Positions 25,992-35,944 of a stretch of DNA of 64,000 nt are shown piece after piece (position 1 is the stretch's first letter; every line of letters starts with the position of its first letter). Below the pieces are notes generated by a model, which saw nothing but the letters and a program-made list of their open reading frames with translations, searched no databases and was not told where the DNA came from. The position numbers and the translations under genes were made by a program. This DNA comes from Sphaerodactylus townsendi (Eukaryota). The stretch covers positions 66,712,001 to 66,776,000 of the forward strand of contig NC_059426.1 of the NCBI RefSeq assembly GCF_021028975.2, in the 5' to 3' direction.

Positions 25992-28916
25992 TGGAGAAGT
26001 TAGCAAATGATCTGATCCATTATCAATGCATCTATAAAGGGAAACTCCTTATTTCCTGAAAGGCTTCTGTGCCTTCATGAGCTTCTTTGCAGGCAGAGCT
26101 TTGTAGCCAAAGACAAGGTTGCCCTGTTCCATTTAAATGCTGACATTTAGCAATTAAAACTACAGCCCAGGAGCCCTGCTTGGAAAACAACTGGCAGCCC
26201 CACTAGCCTGTGGTGCCTGGGCAAGTGCCTTGTGCTGCAAAATGCTGCTCCCTTGCCCTTTCCCTCTGCCCTGCCCCCAAAAGGAAGTGCCAGCTTCAGG
26301 CCTCTCCCCTTGCACAAACATTCCTGCACTCACAAGACGTCCCAGCTGTTCACCCTCTCTCCTTTCCGAAGTAGGCAGCGTATCCATGGTTTTCCCTGCC
26401 AGGGCCACGTCAGCTTCTGCCTGGAGCAAGCCTGCAGGTAAGTGGAAACAAAGCTGGGGATAAAAGCCTATGAAATGCGCACCTGCTCCAGAATCTAATG
26501 CAGGAGAAAAGGAAATAGTGGGGGAGAGTTTTGAGCAGCTGGTATTTCTTGTTTTCTGCATATGTGTGGGGAGGAAGAGTCCAAATGGTGCTATGTGGAT
26601 CATGAGATTGCTGTTTAATTCTGGTAAGAATGGGATCAGCCTAGGGCAAAACCATGTTTGAGATCACAGAATATAAAGGTCTTTGTTTTTTCCCTTGTCT
26701 AAACCAGGGCACCACAGAGCAGCTGATCCACCTTCACCTGCCCCATCCGTGCAGTCTGCTCATTCTGTCCCTTTCTCACCCCCCCTCCCCCAGCCTGTCT
26801 CTGCCATTCCTGATTTACAAGCCCTTGCATCTCCAGGCCTGATAGTGTTGGTGAATGAGGAAAGTATTATTTACCTGGAATGAGTAGATGATTAGGGCCA
26901 AAGGGAGGTTGATGCACATATTTCAGATGGTGTAGCAAAACACAATAACAACAACAACAACAACACTGCACGAGTCCACTGGCACCTGAAAGACTAACAA
27001 AATGTATTCCAAAATACACATGTAATCTGACAAAACAATCTCCGACACATGAAGGTTTGTGCTGGAATAAATTTTGCTAATTTTAAAGGTGCCACACTGG
27101 CCTTCTGGGTTCATTTTCTTGTATCGAAGTCACTTTCCTCTGGCACTTCCACCGGCGCAAGGAAAGAGGTGAGACGGAACAAGGGCTGGAGGGCTGAGTT
27201 TGAGAGACTCTGGTTTGAGATCCTGATTACTAAATTTCACTTCCAGGGCACTATGTTTGCTCATTGGACACTTAATACCCCAATTTTCTCCCCAATAGGG
27301 ACCCAAAGCTAATGAAAACATTGTCCTTCCTTCCCTCCCCCTCCCTATCTTGATACTTGCCTCTCAAGGCTGTAGTGAAGATAAAAGGGGAAGGTATAAA
27401 TGATGTAACCCACCCATGTTGACTTTCATTACTAAAAGAAGTTGAAGTACTGGAGGGCAGATGTCTGCCTAGAAACAGCATAATCTCACCAGTCCGCTGA
27501 AGAACTCAGGCTGACTATTCCTTTATATATTCATGCTCTGCTTTTCTCCCCAATGCACAATTCTCAAGGAAGCTTACAACATCATTCTCGCCTCTTCTGT
27601 TTTATCCTCACAACAACAACCCTGTAAGGTACATTAAACTAAGAGAGAGTGACCTTGCTCTCCCAGAGTCTGCCCAACACTGAAATGTATCCCATACATG
27701 TTGAGCCACTAACTTTACTTGTTCCAGTTTGTTTTTCTGTTCTTCCAGTCCAAAATTATAACATTTAAGAGTGGGGCTTACTTTTGGGTTTGGCATCCTG
27801 AGAACGTCAGGGTTTGCATTTTTCAAGGTCCACATTTGAGTTCTCGTAGCTGCGATATGTGGGTGGGTCATGTCTCCCAAAGGTGTCAAAACCAGCTGGA
27901 GTGTTCCCTGCTCTTCTCCAAAAAAACCACAATGCAAAATGAATATATGCAAATATAATTGGTTGGAATAATTTACTCATGGCGCGGAATTCAACTTTCA
28001 TTGGTACAGAGCCTGAAACCAAATTGAGCCATCTGTTCTTGCTGGGAGGTGCTAAATGAGTGCTCCTGGCTCTCCTTCCTCCTCCTAGTCCCTACCCAAC
28101 TTGTGCTACAGCTGATAAATGGCTGTCCCAAGCCATAGCATGCCTCTTTCATGACAGTCACAAAAGCATTATGGCCAAGTGATCCTTTATCCCTTCTGAT
28201 ATTACCCAGCAGTATTTCTGCCTGAATCGGGCACCTGTGACCCAGGCTGGCTTTACATGCTGATGAAACACAGACTGCATGTCCATCAAGCCAAACTATG
28301 ATCTGCACGCAGGGGTTGCAAGGACTAACTCAAATCTCCTTTGCCTAATCAGATGCTGCTTTATTTCCTGACTCTCCAGAGAGCCTTGGGGATCAAAGGA
28401 CCCTTTCCAACACCAGCACCACATGGCCTGCCTGTGCTGGGCTTGTTTTCAGTTGCCTGAGGCTTATTAGGAGGACTCAGGCAGCTAAAGCAAGTCTGGG
28501 GCAGGAAAGGAGAACCAGCAGAATCCTCTATTCATGAAGGAGCAAGCAGGGCAGGCAGAAGAAGATGGACTGGATCTAGGAGATGGGGAGACACATACAG
28601 AAGGTATCAGACCAGGTCGTGGCATGTCCAGAGGATGGAATATCCAAATGGGAACATGACTTCATGCTGCTGGGCAGAGCTTCCTTTCTTCTCAACAGAA
28701 ATTGATGGGGAGATTCCACTTCCCTCAAATTGCTGAGGATCTAGTGTTTGAACCAGAAATTGCTGCAAGGCACTGCTGAGTAGCTACCTCCAGGAAGACC
28801 CTGGGTGTGCCATCCTGCCAGAGGTGCATTGGCAGGAAGTGGCCTCGCTAAAGTATCTCAAATAGATAGGCGGATATAAATCTTAAACAGCAATACAAGC
28901 TTCCACATTCTACAAG

Positions 28917-28920
<4 letters not shown>

Positions 28921-28960
<40 letters not shown>
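28921..28960. repeat. (GA)20 microsatellite
   Basis: Direct reading. Confidence 0.95.
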
Positions 28961-28962
<2 letters not shown>

Positions 28963-29365
28963 CTTTCAAAACTATCCATCCCTTCAGTTCTGCACATTCC
29001 CTGTGTTTATAATGGAGTGTGTGGCTGCCTGGGGACTGGGGAAAAAAACAGAAAAAGCAATAATCTCCTATGGTGATTATGTGGCTGGTTATGAATACTT
29101 AACCCTAAACACTCCTACCTTCCAAATATTTGTTTTTCATAGCTTACTATATTTTTAATTTATAAGAGAGGCAGTAGAACCTGTTTGCCTGGAAGGTGCC
29201 TTTTTTTCTCTGCCTGGGAATTCATCCCAGTGACTCCATGTGTATGAAGGCCATCTGTCTTGAGGGAAGGTGCATAAATCTAGAGACATTCCACTCTCTC
29301 GCCCACTAAGGTGTGCATGGTTGGGGGGAAGATCTAGGTTCTAGGATCTGACAGAATTTTATAAA

Positions 29366-29525
29366 NNNNNNNNNNNNNNNNNNNNNNNNNNNNNNNNNNN
29401 NNNNNNNNNNNNNNNNNNNNNNNNNNNNNNNNNNNNNNNNNNNNNNNNNNNNNNNNNNNNNNNNNNNNNNNNNNNNNNNNNNNNNNNNNNNNNNNNNNNN
29501 NNNNNNNNNNNNNNNNNNNNNNNNN
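29366..29525. other. Assembly gap (160 N)
   Basis: Run of N. Confidence 1.
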
Positions 29526-30028
29526 CTAACTTATGGCGACCCTGTAGGATTTTTAAGGCAAGAGACATTCAGAGATGGTTTGCCATTGCCTGCCTTTGTG
29601 TAGGCTGAGAGAGTTCTAAGAGAACTGTGAGTGGCCCAAGTCACCCAGCAGGCTTCATGTGAAGGAGGAGGGAATCAAACATGATTCTTCCAGTCAGAGT
29701 CCACTGTTCTTAACCATCACAATATTAGCAGAATTGGGGGATGTCTTTGATCAGAGCCTGTCACATAAAAACATTACTTCTGCATGTTCTGAGGCTGAGC
29801 CCTGACTTATATTAAAGTTTAGTAAAACTATTTGTATTCAAGACTGCTTCTACTACCACCACACAGTCTACAAGTGAAGGAGGAAAGAAACAATTTAACA
29901 GTGACATATTGGTAGTTCACAAGGAGGCCATACCAAGTTTCATCTGTCTGTCTGCAGCTATCAAAACATAAATCGTTTGACAGACTTACATCAACAAGGT
30001 ATCACTCATAGAGCGTAAGCAACACTTA

Positions 30029-30509
30029 TCCTATTATATAAAAGGCGAGCCATGGTGGTGAAGACTCAGTTCCAGCCAGTCACCACATACAACTAACTTT
30101 CAGCCAATCACCAGGCACACAAGGGTTAGGGGTGGGGCTTACACTAAATGGGTTGAAAACAGCACAAACAAAACATCAAAATGTGATGGTTACTTACTCT
30201 CTCGTGTGTGCACCTTTCTCCCCCACTGCTAAACAATTGCAGTCTTGGTACCATCTCCAGCTGCCTGAGGAAGAGCAGTGCAGGCATTGGCCGCTCCCCA
30301 TGGGAGGCTCATAATTTCTGGCAGCCAAACTGCACCACTAATTGTTGCAATACAGGCATCCAGGAAGAGAAGAAGGAGGGAGCAGGTGACACGGAGCCAA
30401 GGGGGGAAGGAAAAGCAGGAGGGGTTTCCCACCTCAGTGGGGGCTGCTAACCCACCAGCAGTTTTGTAGAGCCTGTTGTATTTGTTCACACAGTGGGCTT
30501 TACTGCTAG
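30029..30509 (+). mobile_element. Non-autonomous Helitron
   Basis: Inserted between A and T with no TSD; 5' TCCTATTATATAAAAG; subterminal hairpin AGCCTGTTGT/ACAGTGGGCT (30470-30499); 3' CTAG. Confidence 0.8.
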
Positions 30510-31895
30510 TGTTATATCATTTAATAAAAGTTGCCGCTGGGTCTTTTTCATCTACCATTCCTGTTGCCTGGCCCAAAGCTGCCCAATCCTTCTGTGACAT
30601 CAAAGCAAGTCAAGCCAATATCAAGCAATAGAACATGTGTGTTATATAGGCACAGTAAGGCATCAGAGAAGTTCAACTACTCAGTGGATAGTAGATCAAT
30701 AGATTAAGGTTGTTGACATAGTATCATCTGTGGCACATTGCATCAGGCACTATTTATATATAACAATTTAGGAGGAGTGGCCCTATTATATTTAGTCTGT
30801 TGCCACAAAAATAAACAAGAGTTTTGAGACACTTTAAAAACTAACACATTTACATTTTATTATAAGCTTCTGTGGTTTTATCTTAAGCCTCCCGTTACAT
30901 TTTCCTCCAAGATGCGTGGAAATCTTTGCGGGTGCCAGCAAGAGAACTCTGAGCTTGGTTAGAGTTAATGAGCTCCTGGCTATGGGAGACAGTGTCCCAG
31001 AATGGAGAATTCTATTTATTGCCAGTCATCTTCTCAGAGAAAAACAACCCAAGTGAGTAGAGCCAGAAAGAGAAAGCCTTTTTCCGCCATTGCTTGCCTC
31101 CCCGCTACTCCCTCCCATTTGCTTTCTGTTTTTTTTCTTAAAAGGCTCCAGTGGAGTTTCTTTGCTCACTGGACAGAAAACTGAAATGGTATTCTCCCTT
31201 GTACCACCACTAGATGTCTCTGCGGTGCACAGGTCTTGGTCAACAAGAGAGATTCATTAGAGAGATGCACACCCACTGAAGCCTCTTTTTGCATGCAATG
31301 ATCATTCCTAAGTATTTTGTCTATAACGGTTTCCATTTAAAAACTCAGCTTGTGCCTGAGTCTGTTAAGGGGCCAAGAGAGAGACTGTGTGGGTTAGCTG
31401 GCTCAGAAGGTGATTGATTGGACAACGCTGCCTGGGACTTGACTCAAAGGGAAACCCTTCAAAAAGATAGAAACTTCTAAGACAGTCACAAGTTCTGTGA
31501 GGGGGAGACGCAGCTCCCGTGCGAGTTGCAGCTGTTATTCTTTTACGCTCCTTTTACTCTCTAGTTTTCACTTGTCTTCTTGCGTTGCATTTGACATATC
31601 TTTGTGTGTTGGTTTTGATGGCTTTTAATAGTTTACTTCATTAGCTGCCTCGATGGCTCTAGGAGCGTAGAAAGGCGGAATATGCCATTTTAAAGAGCTG
31701 CTTTCCAAGAACCAAGTCGTTAGAAAAGAAAGGATTTTCACAGCAGACAGCACCGATGAGGAAACGTGTTGTTTTATGACGCCTGCTCCGAGCAGAACGT
31801 CTGGAGGTTGGCTATGGGCCTCGCCCCTCAGCACCAATCAATGTCGTGTGTGTGTGTGTGTGTGTGTGTTTGGGGGGGGGGATAACAGTATGCGG

Positions 31896-33093
31896 CAGGG
31901 GTCCCCAAACTACGGCCCGGGGGCCAAATGCGGCCCCCTGAAGGCATTTATCTGGCCCGCCAGGCATGGCGGTGATGGCTCCATTCATGTGCAGTGGGGG
32001 CTCGAGGGAGAGAAGGAACCGGCCCCAACAGCCATTGATGTGGGGCGCAGGTCTGGCGGCGCGGGAGGGTTTCCCACTGGGTTGTTGTGCTTGCAGCTGC
32101 TTGTCTGCCTTTAGGCCCCCCACAACCCGAGAATGGGGCTACCCACCTCTGCCCCTGCCAACAAAGCCAGCTGAAAGCAAACAGGGCGATCCCCATCCCC
32201 CACCCTGTGGGACCGGCTGGTAGGCAGCAAACGGGTCTCTGTGGCTTTGACTGTTGGGTCTGCTGGACGGAAAACAGAGCTCTGGATATACCCGCGGCAG
32301 CCTTCGTGGTCTGCCAGATCGGCTCCCTTGGGCTCCTGGGCTCCTTTCTCCCCAACCAGCCTATGCAACAAGGCAATGCCCACAGGTCTGCTCTTTTTCT
32401 GTGACTGGAGTTGCTGCTTTCTAAACATTGCTGATCACAGGCAGGAGACATATTTGTGGATACGACCTCTATGTAAGAGTAGCCAACCTTTGGGGGAGGC
32501 CTGGAGATGTCCCAGAATTACAGCTGACCTCCAGGTGACAGAGATCAATTCCTAGAGAAAATGACTACTTTGGACGGTGGGCTCCCCACCCCAAACCCTG
32601 CCTTTCTCAGATTGCACCCCCAAATCTCCATGAATTTTCTGACCCAGAGTTGGAAACCTTACATGTGGCAATGCCTGCTCCACCCTTCCCTCTCGGCTAC
32701 TCCATGTGTTGCTCTCAGGCTTTCTGTTCCGCCTCACTCCCATTGGCATCAGCCAGGCTGGCGAATTGCTCACTGGCTGCTAGGGAGGAAAGAACCCAGG
32801 AAGATACCTGATCCTGGGTTAGATGGAATGCTTCATTGGGAAAGTTCTGCTTTTTTTTTTACAGGGGAAGGTATTCCACAGCCTCCCCAACAATATTTGG
32901 AGCCCACCCTGTACTTGACATACTTTGGTCATTGTTCTAAAAATAGACCATGACAGAAAGGCTGAAAGGTGAAATCAAACATTTTACAATCATTTGTGCA
33001 TAGGAATTTGTTCATAGTTTTTTTTAGTCCGGCCCTCCAACAGTCTGAGGGACAGTGAACTGGCCCCCTGTTTAAAAAGTTTGGGGACCCCTG
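31896..33093. mobile_element. 1.2-kb non-autonomous hAT element, OC1 (OposCharlie1)/nhAT-like ends
   Basis: TIR CAGGGGTCCCCAAACT...AGTTTGGGGACCCCTG; degenerate TSD GTATGCGG/GTATACAG; family name from recalled subterminal sequence. Confidence 0.75.
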
Positions 33094-33389
33094 GTATACA
33101 GGAAGATGACGAAACCTTGAAAGGACGGTTTTTAGAACCTTTCATACCTGAAAAGAAAGGTGAGGTAACAGACAGTGGCTACAAACTAATCTGATCCTCC
33201 TAGATTCCCAGCTTGCTTTCCTATGGGGAAGGGGGGAATCCTACAGAAACAGAGGAATGGATCTAGGTGGTTGTTGTTAGGGGAACAACCCTGGAAAGGA
33301 TGGAGAATGCCTATGTGACACTGGAAGCAGGCACTGGGCTTGTTTGCGCGCATGGGGGAGCCGGTGGCAGCAGGTTGAAGGGGATCAAC

Positions 33390-33558
33390 TAGAGGTGGGA
33401 TCCAACCAGTTCTAGAGAAGTGGTTACTATTTTTTTCTGAGTGCCCAGAAGGGCTTACTAAAACAACCTCCCTGCCCAATAGGGATTGGAGGTGTGTGTG
33501 TGCTGCGGCGCCCACCACCATCGGAACCTGTTATTAACATTTTTGGATCCCACCACTG
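33390..33558. mobile_element. hAT MITE, same family as 6416-6607
   Basis: Perfect TSD GGATCAAC (33382-33389 and 33559-33566). Confidence 0.9.
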
Positions 33559-34368
33559 GGATCAACCACTGGGTGATGTGGGTTTTCCGCACTGTGTGGC
33601 CAGGTCTCTGCTCCTGACCCGCAACACCCAGTTGATTCCAACCGTGAAAGGCTTCGACAATACAACGACCAACCATATTTGCTTGGAGGACGTCCTGTCT
33701 CTGGCACCTCCAGAGCAAAGCACCTGAGGCGTCCAGAGGCCCTCTTTCTGCAGTCCTGTTTGTCACCATCCTGGTGGCCAGGCACTTCCAGTCCGCTGCG
33801 GAATTAGCGGCACCTCCGTAGGGGCGCTTAGTCTTCCCGGGTTTTCGGGGGCCACCTGCAATTTTTGGCTGTTCGTATCCCGTTCTGCCCCAGCCCCGAA
33901 TCACCCGAGAAGCCACGAACGACGAACCATATGTGTATGTGTATATGCACACTTTTTTTCAGTGACGGCGAAGGGAAGGAATACAGGACATGGGAGGTTT
34001 ATGAAATTGGATAAATTCAGACAGAAAAACTCCAAAAATGGCTGTTGGCCCTGGTGGTTAAAATGGAACCTCCATGATCAGAAGACCTATATCCCCGTAG
34101 GTCAGATGACAGGGGACAAACGCTGGGGGAGGGGTGAGATAAACAAGCGTGTTGTGTCACCTTAAATTATTACAATGTGAGCTTTCGGGGACTTCTAGGT
34201 TCACCCTCCTTCAGCAGTTGGGTCTGTGTGTGTGTGTGGGGGGGGGGGGGGGATAAGCGAACAGCAAAGTCATGGATGAGTGTATTGTGGAAGGCTTTCA
34301 CGGCCGGCCTCAACTGGTTGTTGTGGGTTTTCCAGGCTGTGTGTGGCCGTGGTCTGGTGGATCTTGTT

Positions 34369-34409
34369 CCTAACGTTTCGCCGGCATCTGTGGCTGGCAT
34401 CTTCAGAGG
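34369..34409 (-). ncRNA. Minimal type-I hammerhead ribozyme motif (intact core)
   Basis: Minus strand CCU-CUGAAGA-U-GCCAGC(cacagau)GCCGGC-GAAA-CGUU-AGG: stem I CCU/AGG, stem II, palindromic ACGU stem III, GUU cleavage triplet; transcription and activity not shown. Confidence 0.7.
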
Positions 34410-34439
34410 TATATCACAGACACTTCTCTCTGTGATAGA

Positions 34440-34480
34440 CCTCTGAAGATGCCAGCCACAGATGCAGGGGAAACGTTAGG
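34440..34480 (+). ncRNA. Minimal hammerhead ribozyme motif (core intact, stem II closing pair G-G mismatch)
   Basis: CCT-CTGAAGA-T-GCCAGCCACAGATGCAGGG-GAAA-CGTT-AGG. Confidence 0.55.
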
Positions 34481-35280
34481 AACAAGATCCACCAGACCAC
34501 GGCCACACACAGTCCGGAAAACCCACCATGTGTCAAGAACTTGTGCAAAGTGCTAACCTGATACAGAAAAGGCCCATGGCTCGATCACTAGTCGTGCTAA
34601 GGTAGTTCTATCCCTCTCTAGCTGGGGCGTTCCTGCTTTGCCCCGCTTGCCGCTTCTCCGAAAGCCTGGAGCTGGACCACCTGGGAACGGGCTGCTGCTG
34701 CTGGCGTCGACGGCGCCCTCGGGGCCTGATCCTGCGCTCGGCTTCCCCTTGCCCAAACCTGGGCCAGCTTTCCGGCGGTGGTGGCGGCGGCCTCTGGAGC
34801 TGGGCGGGCTGACCGTCGAGCTGGGCCAGGGCAGGGCAGGGCGCATCTCTTTCAGGTTAAAGGCCCATTAGGGGCTTCGGCCCCGGCGGGTGGGTCGTTT
34901 CCTTGTTGGCTCAGAGGCGCTGGAGCAGAAGCGAGGCGGGCGGGCGGGCGCTGCCTGTTTGCAAAGAGTTAAGGAGGCGGAAAATGCGGCGGGCGGTCGC
35001 GGCTGGCGCTCTCCATAGAAACGATGATCTTTAACGGGGGAAACTTTATTAAAGTCCGATGGGGCGATAAGCGCGAGCGCCGCGCCTTTAATTAAAGCGC
35101 AGAGGAAATTGCCGGCGCCCGGGCCCTGCGCCCCTCGCCCGTTGCCTGGAGACTGCCGCGCCCCCCTTCCCCGTCCTGCCTCCGCTGGTGGGAATCGGAA
35201 TACAGAGTCACCACCAGCATCTTCCCCAGGCGAAGAGGCGATAATAGCCGCCGCGGGCGCCGGGTGCGCGCAGAGCTGCC

Positions 35281-35329
35281 ATGAGACGCGGCTTGGCCCG
35301 GACCCTGCTGCTCAACATGTACCTGCCAG
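35281..35329 (+). CDS. FEV: FEV/Pet-1 coding exon 1
   Basis: GCC-ATG Kozak; MRRGLARTLLLNMYLP resembles the human N-terminus (..LLINMYLP); donor CAG|GTAGGA, phase 1. Confidence 0.9.
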
Positions 35330-35869
35330 GTAGGACGGGGACCGACGCCCCGGGGGCCCCGTCGCGCTTCTCAGGATTGGGACCTGGCCAAGCGCCGGAG
35401 CCTCGCCGCCGCCTTCGGGGGAAGGGGGCTGCGGTCCATTTCCGCCCAGACCAGATCCCTCGCCCTCTCGCTTTCCCCTCCCACCTCCGAAAAAAGACTT
35501 CTCTCCCGTTTCCTCATCCCGGATCGCTCTCTTAGTCGCTCTTCGTTGCGCTCTTCCTGGGCAGACGCGCAAAGCTTCTGCTCGCCTTCTTATTTAAAGC
35601 GGCCCCGACGGCTCCCGTCGGAAGTCGGATTTCCTTTTCCTGGACGCGTTTCCTGACTGTATAGTGGCTTGCCGCTGGTGGGGAGAGGGAGAGGCGCGGA
35701 GCGGCAGAGGATGGCGAGAGGGGGGACCTCGAGGCACCAGGAGGCTGGCTTGGCAGAGGGAGCTGCTGGTCCCTCTCCCTTCAAACTGCCCAGGGGGCCG
35801 CTGGCTGGGCGGGCACTGATCATCACAGTTTCTCTCCTTCTCCCCTTTTCTTCCCGTTCTTCCTTGCAG

Positions 35870-35944
35870 ACCCGGTCGGGGAGACTTTGTTCAAAGAAGG
35901 CAAAAACCAAGCGTGGGGCTCCCTGGGGCCAGGGGTGCAAAAAG
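35870..35944 (+). CDS. FEV: FEV/Pet-1 coding exon 2
   Basis: Long pyrimidine tract + TTGCAG|; DPVGETLFKEGKNQAWGSLGPGVQK(G); donor AAG|GTAAGC. Confidence 0.93.

Larger units (their letters stand above)
34281..34528. mobile_element. Palindromic Penelope-like element with hammerhead motifs on both arms
   Basis: Inverted arms centred near 34425; same family as 10397, 39644 and 62935. Confidence 0.85.

Noticed and set aside
33810-33830. CTCF-like CCGTAGGGGCGC
   Set aside because: Spacing is one base short of the core consensus
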